Positions 36,790-48,641 of a stretch of 64,000 nt of DNA are shown in pieces. The notes beneath the pieces were generated by a model that saw only the letters and a list, made by a program, of their open reading frames with translations, had not been told where the DNA came from and did no database searches. The translations under genes and the position numbers were made by a program. The stretch lies in assembly GCA_019828565.1 (NCBI GenBank), contig JAHDYR010000005.1:124001-188000 (forward strand), in the 5' to 3' direction. Within the stretch, counting starts at the first letter, position 1. Every line of letters begins with the position of its first letter. This DNA is from Carpediemonas membranifera BICM. Its lineage: Eukaryota; Protista; Fornicata.

Positions 36790-37626
36790 TTATTCAGAGC
36801 TAGATTCCTCGTCTTCCGTCTCCTCCGTGTCCGTCAGCTCGACCAACCAAGTCGGGTCAGCGTGGCGCTCAAGGGCGTTCTCAGCCAAGTACTCTCGCAC
36901 ACACCGGACAAGGCAGAGATCAGCGTTGAGGGACACGATGCTGAGTCCCGAGTATCCGTCATACTGCAGGATCAACACAAAAGACCCGGGACCACAAGTC
37001 GTCTTCAGATACTCGTGACGGACTACGCACGTGACAGTGTAGTAGCGGTCCGGATCAGAGACCTGAAGCGGCTCCCAGTGAGCCTCATCGCCAATGGCGG
37101 GCAGGTAGCCGTCGTGGCACAAGCGGCTGACCAGGGTTGCCCAGAAGTCGTTGGGAGCCGGGATGCGCCGGCTGATGCCGTAGACAGCGACACGGAAGTA
37201 GTCCGGTGCGAGGACGAGGACCAACAGGCGGTTAAGATATCCGCGCGCTGTAGTGTCCGACTTGACCCCGCCGGCAGTCCGCACAGCCGCCACGAGAGCT
37301 GCAGAGTAGTGACCATTACCGGGTGAAGATCCACCCAGCGTGATGTCGCGGCCCCGGATCGCGGCCGACACGATGTCGCCATCGGACAAGCGCTTCCTGC
37401 CGAGCTTGAGGTGGGCCCTCACACCGGCAAGCGCGACCTGGCAATGAGCCACGAGAGCCAAGACCTGCTGGGTCAGCTTCACGTCCTGCACTACGGCTGC
37501 GTCGTTCAGACGACCTTGCTCAATAGCGTCAAAGATTCGCTGGAGCGGCAGCTCGATGGAGTTGGTGTAACCTTCCAGGCGTCGGGCAACCTCGGCCTTG
37601 ATGTCGTGGGGCATCAGAGTCGTCAT
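36790..37626 (-). CDS. Antisense accessory ORF of Gypsy element 2 with a C-terminal chromodomain-like module and acidic tail
   Basis: Uninterrupted ORF (ATG 37626); DRYYTVTCVVRHEY..LILQYDGY..LNADL..VREYLAEN aligns with the element 1 chromodomain. Confidence 0.7.
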   Translation of the reverse strand: MTTLMPHDIKAEVARRLEGYTNSIELPLQRIFDAIEQGRLNDAAVVQDVKLTQQVLALVAHCQVALAGVRAHLKLGRKRLSDGDIVSAAIRGRDITLGGSSPGNGHYSAALVAAVRTAGGVKSDTTARGYLNRLLVLVLAPDYFRVAVYGISRRIPAPNDFWATLVSRLCHDGYLPAIGDEAHWEPLQVSDPDRYYTVTCVVRHEYLKTTCGPGSFVLILQYDGYSGLSIVSLNADLCLVRCVREYLAENALERHADPTWLVELTDTEETEDEESSSE

Positions 37627-38611
37627 CGTCAGGGTGCGAGTGATGCGTTCTGAGGCTTGCACGCGGTGACTATATAACCTCACGGTTGATGTTTGTTACT
37701 TACAGATTGTCGGTGACCATGCGCTTGCGTCCACGATACTTCTGAGCGCGAAGGGAACGACAAACGGACGTATGGGCAACAATAAGTGGCCTAGCCAGAT
37801 CGTCATCACCAAGTTCGGTGATTTTGGCACGAATTTCCTTCAGAACGGCCTCTACGGCTGTGTTGTCCGACATCAAATGAGTTGACGGCGACATATCCTG
37901 CACATTTCTCGGAAACGGTCGAAGGAACAACTAACAAGGTCATCTTAGTCTTCAAGCATGCATTTATTGTCGGTAATAAGGCATTAGGAGCTTCCTAGTG
38001 CTCCTTCCGGTCAGTTTGATGTTGTTATTCAAGTACAGTTGGACGCAGAAAATTAGAAGCCTCAGAACTCCTCAACGGAGCCGAATTGGAGCTTCTAAGT
38101 ACGTTTTTCGGCGTCTGTGTGATTATGAGCGATAAGGGCTCAGCATTGGCAGTGTTTGCTAGAGCAATCGTTCTTGGCCTTCGAATTACATGGAATGGCA
38201 TATAACACGTATAAGGTTTGTGAAGACGGCCTAGGAAGGCCGTGGAGGGGCAGTGGTAAGCCTTTCCGTCACGTTTCACCATTTTTGAAACAGAGCTCAC
38301 ATAGCGGTACCGCAGTTAGATCATGATACCATCATTTTGATTTCGTTCAGCTAGATGCGAAAGCACTCAGGCCATGGGGTTGCCAGCCCTATGAGTCACC
38401 GTTGGCGGTCGGGTGGCACCGTCCAGGCCTTTGGTGAAATGCTGACGTCAAGTCTCTCTGTCATGCCTATACCAGGCATGGAGGGGCAGTGTTGTGGGTC
38501 CTACCCAAAGTTACACAGATTTACGTTATATTTAATAGTCAAGGAGTTTCTCCTCGACACCCTTGTGTCGAGTCTTCTCCTCAGTAAAAGTTCAACACCC
38601 ATTGAACCACA

Positions 38612-38779
38612 GCGCCAGAGATGAGGCGCCAGGGATGAGGCGCCAGGATGAGGCGCCAGGGATGAGGGCGCCAGAGATGAGGCGCCATGGATGAGGCGCC
38701 AGGATGAGGGCGCCAGAGATGAGGCGCCAGGATGAGGCGCCAGAGATGAGGCGCCAGAGATGAGGCGCCAGGATGAGGC
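38612..38779 (+). repeat. GATGAGGCGCCAG minisatellite, right part
   Basis: Same units as 32534-32667; short inverted copies also at ~58830-58882 and ~62670-62722. Confidence 0.93.
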
Positions 38780-38969
38780 CTTCGTGATGTTCACCTCCAA
38801 GGCCGATTACTCCCTGACCCCGGGTTTCCCAGCCTACGAGCGCCGGCAACGGCGCCTACAGGCGAGGCGGGCAGGGAGGGCTCCCCCCCCGGGGGATTCA
38901 TGCCGACTTTCCCCCTCCGACTTTTCGAGACCAATTTCGGCCACAAACACAAAGTTCCCCCAACAAGCC

Positions 38970-41900
38970 ATGGGCCGGGGGAATGATGTAGACGAAGCTG
39001 GAACAGAGCTCACCAAGCTTGGAAAACGCTTAGCTACGACCGAAGAGTGGCAAAAAGTCCGAAGAGCAGCCGATTCCATCCTCGCCAAGTGCAACAACAC
39101 CACAGTGATCTTCTCGAGGGATAACGCCGCCAACTTCAAGGTATCAAGCCCGCCACCGGCTAGATCCTTGCTGTTCGAGCTAGTTGCCAGCACTCTCAAG
39201 GCCGCAGGTCACCAAAGCCTCACAGGGCCTGGGATCAGGACAAGGTTCGGCCAGCAGAGCGCCGCCTGGCTCCTCAAGGCAGGCGGCCAAGCCACAGCCG
39301 GCTCAGCGAAAGCGCCAGGTGCGGACAGAGCCCACAACAACGTCAACAACAAGTGGGCGGCCCTAGGTCGGGCCTGGGAGGATGCCCCCGTCCCCCTTAG
39401 CCCCAGACCCCCAGCAGGAGGCTTTCCCCCCCTTGACGGACAGGCCGTCAAGCCCTGGGAAAGGTGGCATGTTCTCCGCGATAGCTGTCTACAGCAGGAC
39501 CGATGGGGTGACCAGACCTGTGTTGGTTAGCAGGACACCCACGGATTCAGCCCTCAACATTGCCGGCGACGAGCTAGCGCGCAGTGAGGCCGAAGACTTA
39601 GTGCTTCGCTGGACGGTTCCGGGCTTCAAAGAGCTGTGGGCCGCATGGGATACTACTACCCGGCCAATGCCGGCCCCTGAGTTCATCCACCCGGACCTCT
39701 GCGACGCTTCCACCCTCGTTAGCAGGATCGCAAACATCTGGATGGCGGACCAGGGTACCAAGCTGCTCGCCACCGAATCCACAGGGGACGGCCCGCCCAA
39801 GGGCAACGAGCAAACCGACAACCCACCCCACGAGGGCAACCCGGTCACCCCCCACCGAATAATGGCAGAGCAAGTGCAGGTGATAGCCCGCCCAACGGCG
39901 GCCCAAGGACGGACCCACCCACCAGGGGGCAACCTGGGCGTTGCCCCGCACAACGGCGGCGACCCGACCACTGGCCAACCCAACATGGGCGATCCAGTCG
40001 CCCCCTCGTTCATTGGGGGCGAAGCAGGTTGGAACCCAACTAGCGGGGGGAACCCCGCCACCATGCCCAGCGGCGAAAGTGCGGGCTCGGAGACCGGGGG
40101 TACCCAAGATGGCCCCCGGCCCAACGCCGACGACTCGGCCAGAAGAGTCCCTGGCAGTGATAGTGACGTCAACCCGCCAAGGGGTAGAGAACTGTCAGCC
40201 AACAGCAGACTCCCCCCGTCCTGCCCGCTCACCAACCCGCAGGGCAAGAGGATGCTGATCGGGTGCATTGACTTCGAAGCGTCCAAACCCGCATCCAAGG
40301 CGGGGGATGAGGCCGTCATATGCGAAGGGGCGGTCATAGTCTTTGACCCCGCCAACGGGAATATCGTCGCCAGTCTGCACGGGATGTTAGGCGAAGATAT
40401 TCGGGTGGCCGACCTCGACCAGGCTCTGATGAGCTCAAGAATTCTCCACGGTTGCCCCCCAGCCACCTTCGTCGACATCACCACTGGGCAGGCCCCCCAG
40501 GGATTCGAAAGCACATTCCCAAACAGCACCACATGGTGCGCGGAAATGATCGATGCCCTCCGGCGTCTCGAAGGACACCATAACGCGTTCATCCACCTGA
40601 CTGCCAAAGGGGTGGAAGCTGAACGAAGTGTCCTCACGAGCGCCAAATACGTACCGGATTCCACGGCCAGGGCATGGGTAGCCACCCACCTAATCGATGA
40701 AGCCGGCCTAGATGCGGTGTACCCCCGTCTCAATAGCACCCTCACCCTCTTCTACCCCCCCTCCCAGGAGGACCGCCCGGTCCGAGAGACCCTCCACAGG
40801 AGGTCCAGAAGGCAGCCGAGCAGGCCAAGGTCTGGACCCGCGACCAGCAAAGGAGAAGGGAACCCAAGGGGCTGTGCCCCTATCACAGAAAACGCACCAG
40901 CCTACTGTCACTGTGCGCTTGCGGATGTATCGCTCTTCTACACAAGACTCTCCCTGGCCATCCACATGCTGTATAACCCGTGGACCTGGGCTGATGTGGG
41001 AGCGGAACTAATCGCACGAGGAGGGGAAAGTGACGGGGGCACAAAGCCCCATCATTAGAGTAGGACACGGGGTCCCAGACCTGGCTGTAGAGATCAACCG
41101 CCATAGAGGGCGAGAGGTCATCACACCCCTGGGGCAACTACAGCACGTGATCTTTACCACCAAGCCGCGTCCGAAGGAAATCCACATGGCCAACACGACC
41201 GCGCAAGAGTTCAGCACAGGAAAAGGAATCCTAAGGGTCCTTGAAAGGAGGGGCGTAGCCGTTCTCAGCCCGGACTCCTGCCCAAGCACGAGACCCCTGG
41301 TCGTGGAGCTCCTATCCGAGTGGAACGGTAGGCGCCGCGTAGCAAGGGAGAAGGGCTACTGGCCAGACTTCTATGGCAACCGTACCACCCTGGACCCCCA
41401 GGGTCATGGAGCAACTCCCGGTCAAACTCCACCCCGAGCTCCTGACCCTATCCCAGGCAGCCTCGCTGGTCCCGCTCCATAAGCATGACATGATGCATGG
41501 GGGCTCAGCCCAGCAGCTGAGACACCGGCTCACCCACTGCCTGGTGAACATCGGCGATAGAGCACCAGCGGGCGTCCCGAAACTCATCGTAAGCGCGGAA
41601 CTCCGGCGCCAAGATAGAGGGCCCAGGCATTATGTCAACTTCTTCCCCTCGGTTCTTCCCCTAGACTGGGGCATCCGCACAGTAGAACAAGGAGGGGAGC
41701 CTGGAAGACGCCGCCCGAGCGCCTTGGGCGAACCCCAATACGACGGCACCCTGGCCCTGGGATGCAGTCCCATGATGAGACTACCCCCATCCGCCTGTGG
41801 GACTTCCCGTACACCCAGAACAACGACGGGCACAGGTCGCAGCGAGAGCAAAAAGAGGCTGTGACCGCGGCAAGGGCCGCGCTTAGAGCCTGCCTCGAAG

Positions 41901-42780
41901 AGCACCGGGAGAGGCTCACCAACGAGATTCACCAAGGCATGGAGTGGCCGGCCCTAGGGCTGCTTGAGGGCCCGCTCACCGAGAACCGACAGGTCCCCAC
42001 CCCGAACCCATCTCAAAGGAAGGTGAACGCCACCCCCTCCCCCAGCAGGCTCCAAGGGGAAACAAACCCCACCCCCAACCCGCGCCAGGTAACCCCCGCC
42101 CACCCCACCCCAAGGGCAATCATCACCCCTAATGCGCACCAGGTAAGCCCTGCTTACCCCACTCCCAGAGGAATGAACCCCCCACCCGGCCCCGGGACAG
42201 GCGATCCTCACGCCTCACAAAGAGGCCAACCCCCGGCGATGCCTCTGAGCCAGGCTTTCGAGCACCGGCCCCCGCCAGTGGCCCCGAAGGGAAGAGGCCC
42301 CCAAACCCAAGACTGGGCACGGTCGATCAGATGGGTGCCTACATCCAAGCCCTCTTCCAAGCGGAGGTGGAGCGAAGAGCTGAAGAAGAGCGGCAGCGGA
42401 TCATGAGCCATTACGAAGAGGAAGTCTCCCGGCTGAACAACGAGGTTACCCACCTCCAAGACCAGCTGGCCAAGGAAAGGGAAGCCCTAGCAAGAGGAGC
42501 GAGCGAGCGCCAGCGCCTCCAGCGCATCGCCGAGAAATCGGAGGCCTTCAAAGAGCCAGCCTCAGGCTCCGTGAAACAAACAGAGTCCTCGAGGCCAGGC
42601 TTGAGGAGGCGCTTGCCGCCGCCAACGGAAGCGACGAGGAAGAAGAGCTCCTACGCATCGGAATGGAGCACGAGAGCGACGAACCAGATCAAGAGATGCA
42701 TGAGTAACGAGCCATACCAAAGCAGTGGAGGGAAGAGTGCAGAGTCTAAAGGGATGTGTATATATAGCACGTTAGTGTAG
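38970..42780 (+). CDS. LINE ORF1 region (frameshifted): low-complexity linker, DEDDh/Maelstrom-arenavirus-NP-like nuclease (~40250-40960), coiled coil (~42330-42600)
   Basis: Chain of overlapping + ORFs; IDFE, ICEG, LHG, TAKGVEAE, CPYH (alternate frame), HCALAD; heptads YEEEVSRLNNEVTHLQDQL. Confidence 0.7.
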
Positions 42781-43432
42781 GACTAGGTGAAGTGAAGGCG
42801 CCGGAATAGGTGCAGCGTTGGAGCCCGCCAGAAGGGCTGTACTGGCGCCAATGCCCGGGTGACTTTTCTTTTCTTAAAACCCCTGTTCCCCGCAGGAACC
42901 GGGGGCGGGTAAGAAGGCAGTTGGAACGCCATCGAGGACCCGCCTGTCCGGCAGGCTGGAACTCCAGCCTTGGGAGGGGCGCCGAAAGGAGTCGCTCCCA
43001 CCTATGCGTAGTTAGGTAACGATGCTGCCAATGTGCGAGGCCAGAAGCGCTATAGAGACTGGCACGAAAGTCCCGACAAGCACCGCGAGGGCGCGGCCAG
43101 TGAAAGGGGTGGTACACCCTAGGTCAGCTCAAGAGGGAACCTGGGCCACGTCTGGGGACTCTGGAGGAAGCAGCCGTTCTGGCCAAGCACCCCATGTGAA
43201 TGGCGCATGCTTCTGGGTCCTGGAGAAATATCAAGGGCAAAGAAGACGCCTACCCGGGCCGCCCACCAACAACCCACAGGGCGGGAAGCGGCCCACCAAC
43301 GTGCTAAACAACGACGACATAGGCGCTCACCCATTGGGAAGGCAACTATGCAGATGCTAAACCCCAACAACAAGATGAAAGTGTGCAGGTAGTGCAGAAT
43401 AAGGAGTGCAGGTTAAGGCAGTAACAACCTGA

Positions 43433-46400
43433 ATGCGAATAGTCTCCCTTAACAGCCAAGGACACTTAACGGGCAATGAAGACTACAGCGGATCTATAGC
43501 GGTAGCGCTTCGCAAGCACACGAGCCCGGACGCCCTCCTCTTGCAGGAAACATTCAGGTACGGTAACTCCGTAGTCCCCTGTTGGGCGGACCTACAATAC
43601 GCATGTGCAGGGCACGCCAAACCCATCAAGGCTCGAAAGGGCAAGATTAACCTAGGCGTAGCCACGGTGATCAGCCCACATTCACAGGCAACCTGGGATG
43701 TAGGAGTATCTGACGGCACGAACCCCCGAGTTCAAGTTAGCATCCTCGAAACCTCAAGGGCTATCGCAGTCATCAACATATACGCCCCTCCAAGTGACCG
43801 CAGCGCAGCGGAGCTAGACCGCTTCGACCAACAGCTGGAAAACATCGTCAGAGAGTACCACGGCTTCGAGATAATCATCATGGGGGACTGGAACCGTGAC
43901 CCGCGGAGCCTGCGCCATGCCACCAGCGCCACACTACAGCGAAACAATCTAGACCTAGTTTTCCCTCGTCTCACACATACATGAGTGGGAATACCACCTC
44001 GACGCTGGATTATGCAGCTGTATCTGGGGGGATCACGAGGGCCAAAGCTAGAGTCATTGACAAAGCTGAGATGGGGCATTGGGGCTCCCCCCATAGGGCA
44101 GTGGAGCTAACCTGGGACGAACCGCATTGGAAGAAACAACCGGCCAAACCCAAGCTGGAAATCCCAGGAACAACCACCTGGAATGTCCTCCCAGAGCGCA
44201 ACGGGGAAAGGGCAAGGGAATGGCCGCAACCCGATGTGGAGCTCCATGTAGATACAATCGAGTACCAAATACGGGAACTCTTATCGGTGGGATTTCAAAC
44301 TTCCGCTAGGAACGTCAGACCAGGGAGATCGCAAAAAGGATCCCGGAGAACGTATGGAAGCAACTCATCCTAGCCCGATGGAACAAAGCGGGGGCCGCGG
44401 AAATCAAGCGGACCCTGAACAACGAGCTCCAGAAGTCATGGAAAAGCTTCAAGGAGGAGTGGACGCAGCAGGTGGAAAACAGCGCAAGGGCAGGGTATAA
44501 GACCACCAAGAAGGTCATAGCAAACCAGGTCCACAGGTTCTGGAACGAGAAACAACACGCAGGGCTACCGGCGATGCTCAGAGGAAAGAGGTCGATCTTA
44601 ACAAGGGAAAACGAGATAGCTAGGGAGCTGCAGAGGCAATACGCCCAAGTCAGTAGTGGCATAGCACCTAGTTGGGACCAGATCCCGGCGGCCCAAACAA
44701 CTGATCAACCCCCACGGAGGAGGAGGTCACGGCCGCCATCAAGTCCCTGAAGAAATCATCGGCAGGAGGCCCGGATGGTATCACGGGCGAATGTCTGAGA
44801 GACCTCCCCCAGGCGGCCTACAGGGCAATCACATGCCTCTTCCAGAAAGTATACGAGTCTGGGGAACTACCCACCACGTGGAAGTACGCCTCCATCTCCC
44901 CGATACACAAAGTAGGGAAAGATAAGCTACTGCCAGGATCCTACCGACCCATCTCACTCACCCCCCTCCTCTACCGAGCATATGGGAAGGTACTCAAATG
45001 GAGGCTCAAACCAACAGTTGAGAGGCACACCCCCAGAGAGCAGATCGGCTTCATGAAGGGAAAGACAGTCATAGACCACATCGCCCTCCTAACCCAACTG
45101 CACCAAGAAGGAGACCGGACCAGCGTGCTGCTCGACATTGCAAAGGCGTACGACACGGTTCCCAGGGACATCCTAGTCAGCAAGCTGATCAATATGGGTG
45201 TACACCCCCACCTAGTCAGAGCAGTACAAAGCACAATGGAGAGGACCTACATTGCGGTAAGGGGATCCGACCTATGGTCCGAAACGAACCTAGGAGTCAA
45301 GCAAGGTTGCGTGGTCGCCCCCACCCTATTCATACTATTTACGGCCAACTGGATTAGCCAGGCGTCACTCAGAATACAGTACGGCGAGATACCAGACCCG
45401 AAGCTTCCCCCACCCACCACAGACCCGGGAATGGCATCATAGCAATGTTCGTAGACGATACGAGCATCTCGGCAAAGAAAGAAAATGATGCGGAGTCCCT
45501 CACCGCCGCAATGGTGGAAGTGATAGTGGCACACAAGCTGTGTATCAGCCCAGGAAAGAACATCGTCATAAGTACCAATCCAAATGCGGAAGTGCGAATT
45601 CAAGGGGAGGCCACCCGAGCAGCGGAGTCAGGCCGATACTTGGGACTCTGGATAGCAAGTGGCCCTCATCCGCTCAGCGCATGCATCGCAAAGAAAAGAG
45701 AACAGTCGAACAAGTACATCGCCCTCGCCCGGAGAGTGGGATGGACTAAAGGCTCCACGCCCGCGGCTGTCTCCGAGTCCATCCTCCGCACCTTCCTATG
45801 GCCAAAGATCGAATTCGGAATCGAAATCTGGGGCCAAGTCCCAGGAGGCAGAAGGCTTTGGAACGACTGGCGAGGACTCATGGCGGGAACCGGACCCGGT
45901 GGAGGGGTGTCGCCCGCCTGATGATGGGATGGATGTGCTGGGAAGCGGACATGGGTGTAAGAGCGGTTAGAATCCGCGAATCGGCCCGGGACCCTGACCG
46001 CCCATCGCCCCTAGCGGACTTCGACTGGGGAAGAGCGAACCCCAAGTCCGTTATCGGAAAGCTGAACAAGTGGGCAGACAACGTACTAGATCTGGCCCCT
46101 AGCGACCTTCACGGACCCAGACCCAGAGCAATAGCCGGGGGATGGAAGATGACAGCACGAGACATCGCCACCAAAGGTAGCCGAACAGCCAAGGCGGCCG
46201 CCGAAGTGCTAGCTGCGGAGGCAATGCAAACAATGGCAGGCGGGAGAGCACCCAAGAAACCAAAGATTATCAGAGGGGAGATGATGCTCAGGAGGGAGCT
46301 GAAGAGGGTAGTTGCAACAGCCTCCAACACGCTCCCCTCCGCTAGCAACAGCCACACAACTCGAGGAGCCGCGCTCATCATAAGCAGGAGGTACCCTGGG

Positions 46401-46799
46401 CAGGAAATGCTCTGCGACCGTATCCAAAGAATATGCCCGATATGCACACTCGCAGCCGAACGCGAATTGATCAACTACCTCCAACTATACCCCCCCCAGG
46501 CGCAGGCGCTAGTGGCAGTAGCCGGGTGGCTGGAAGACCAACCGCTAGGAACACAAAGCCACATCATAGCGGAGTGCCAGGGCGTCGGCCGCCCAAGTGG
46601 GTGGGAGCAGTGCTGGGAAGCTGCGGCAACACACACCATGGCAAGTAGGCTGCGGCACGGCCCAGATGGGGAGTGGTATAACTCCAGGGCCATATTGGAG
46701 CTCCACTGGCTACTGCAACAGGAGGATGAAACAGTGAAGGAGGGTCTATTATGCGGGAAAAAGGCCCTCATGAACCTCAGAACAGGCCCAGACCCCTAG
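43433..46799 (+). CDS. LINE ORF2: AP endonuclease, reverse transcriptase and C-terminal CCHC finger (several frameshifts)
   Basis: IVSLN, LLLQET, NIYAP, MGDWN, TLDY, SPH (APE); GPDG, YRPISL, QIGF, LDIAKAYDTV, GVKQG..APTLF, FVDD, YLG (RT); CPIC...H...C. Confidence 0.9.
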
Positions 46800-47967
46800 G
46801 AGGAAAGCCCTGGGTGAAGACAAGGCACAGGGCGGAACATTCCTGGAACCGGCGGGAGGTGTTTTCCCCCCACATGTTCCGGTAGCGCCCGGCCGCACAC
46901 CCAACCCAACCCACGCAGCAAGGGAGCACTCTGATGCCTGCATCACACTTGAAACAACTCCCCCACCACCAAGAGGGGACAGGCCCAACCCACAGGGCGG
47001 CCTGGAAAGGTGGCCCGAGCACCGACCCCAAGCGCAGCGGGCCTGGAACCAATGAGGACAACACCACATGTTCCGGTAGCGCCAGGCGGAGGGAAGGCTG
47101 CAAAGGACCACTAAGGGACAACCGCATACAACAAGCACGAAATAGGGAAGGCCTGGCAAAACAGCTGGGCCAGTAGGGCGCAAGCGTCCGGACAAGCAGT
47201 CCGGCGCATCCCTCCGGCGCGCAAGGGGTACCCCCTCCCCACACAGTGGGGGCGCACCAGGAGGATGATGCATGGCAGACTGGCGGAGGTACTGGATGAC
47301 GCAAGAAGCTACCCACTCCGTCGGTAACCTGCCGGGAAGGCAGGGCCATCCTGATGTGGCCCGGCGCCTAGCCAGGAACACTGGAAGACGTGGCAACCGC
47401 CCCTGGGAGCTCCCCCCGATAATGGGAACCTGGAGTGAAATCGGACAGCGCTAGATGAGCCCGAACGCAGCCGGCAAGTCCGTGGAAGTCTACCTACGCG
47501 GCGTCGGTGGGTTCCTAACCCGGCCCAGCTGGTACGGCGAACTCTAGACCCGACCCCGCCCTGGCGGGTGCCTGAAACATGGCGAGCGGGTCGAGGAAAC
47601 TCCAGGACCTCCCTAGGGGACCCGGGGGAGAGGGGAAACGTACGGAAGGTCCCTGACAGCAGCGTGCAGGGCAAGGCTTTGTAGGTGCCAGGCAGACCTG
47701 GGACCCAAAGGGCCCCTAAGAGTAAGACCTGGGTTAGCCTAACTTTGGGGGTATTAATGTGGCCATGTATAGGATCCCTCTAGCGTACCAGCTAGGCCTT
47801 GACGGCCGTTGTTCACGCCCTCTTAGGAAGTGTTAGGTGTGCTCTGTAGAGGTACCAACACGCTTAGGCGTTCCTCGAAGGGGTGACACAAACTGTGACA
47901 TTCAGCTTACACAGCAGGACGAGTAGCAGGACACATTAAATTCTTTCTTTCTTTCGGTACAGTATTA

Positions 47968-48311
47968 GAACCCCGAAAACGCCATAATACCAACACCAAT
48001 GAGCTTCATCAACGAAGATGCGCTCACTGGTGCCGGTTATGGCGTTTTCGGGGTTCGTCGACATTTCTGCTCCCAAATCTGCACCTGAATTTTCTGGAGC
48101 ATACCCGGGAGCTGGGCCAGACGAGTGGTGCCGCAGGTGCCTAGCTCCGCTGCTCAGCCTCTGCCAGGCGGCACTCGTTTGAATTCTGCACGAAAAAAAT
48201 CAGACGACGAAAGATGGGCAAAGGGCCCCGAAAACGCTGTAGTACCAGCGCAAGTAGAGTGTTTTGCAATAAAATAGCTTACTTGCGCTGGTGCTGGCGT
48301 TTTCGGGGCCC
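47968..48311. other. Pair of related 89-nt imperfect hairpins (47968-48056 and 48223-48311)
   Basis: Arms GAACCCCGAAAACGCCATAA/TTATGGCGTTTTCGGGGTTC and GGGCCCCGAAAACGC..CCAGCGCAAGTA/TACTTGCGCTGG..GCGTTTTCGGGGCCC. Confidence 0.85.
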
Positions 48312-48318
48312 CAATATC

Positions 48319-48641
48319 CTCTCTCCCCCGGGCTCTTCTCCCCGGGCTCTCTTCTCCTGGGGCTCTCTTCTCCCGGGATCTCCCCCGGGCTCTCTCCTGG
48401 ACGTTCCCCCGGGCTCTCTTCTCCTGGGGCTCTCTCCCCCGTGCTCTCCCCCGGGCTCTCTCCTGGACGTTCCCCCGGGCTCTCTTCTCCTGGGGCTCTC
48501 TCCCCCGGGCTCTCCCCCGGGCTCTCCCCCGGGCTCTCTCCTGGACGTTCCCCCGGGCTCTCTTCTCCTGGGGCTCTCTCCCCCGTGCTCTCTCCTGGAC
48601 GTTCCCCCGGGCTCTCCCCCGGGCTCTCTCCCGGACGTTCC
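48319..48641. repeat. C/T-rich minisatellite (CTCTCCCCCGGG, CTCCTGGACGTT and CTTCTCCTGGGG units)
   Basis: Directly visible hierarchical tandem repeat; strong strand asymmetry. Confidence 0.93.

Larger units (their letters stand above)
32668..38611 (+). mobile_element. Ty3/Gypsy chromovirus-type LTR retrotransposon (element 2), 5.9 kb, 4-bp TSD GCGC, with an extra antisense ORF
   Basis: Identical 122-bp TG...CA LTRs at 32668-32789 and 38490-38611; PPT GGAGGGGCAG before 38490; TSD at 32664-32667 and 38612-38615. Confidence 0.96.
38780..47955 (+). mobile_element. Non-LTR retrotransposon (APE-RT LINE), about 9.2 kb, ATTAAA plus (TTTC)n 3' tail
   Basis: APE and RT motifs in ORF2; long upstream ORF1 region; ATTAAA at 47935 followed by TTCTTTCTTTCTTTC; 5' boundary approximate, no TSD found. 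Confidence 0.88.

Noticed and set aside
39489-40745. 418-aa minus-strand ORF
   Set aside because: Antisense shadow of the GC-rich LINE ORF1; the motifs are on the + strand
25748-46799. Programmed ribosomal frameshifting or true pseudogenisation of the retroelements
   Set aside because: Shifts fall inside domains and often at homopolymers while LTRs are identical; long-read consensus error is the simpler explanation
46871-47083. 19-bp direct repeat CACATGTTCCGGTAGCGCC sharing 12 nt with the satellite
   Set aside because: Too short to support a relationship without a statistical test
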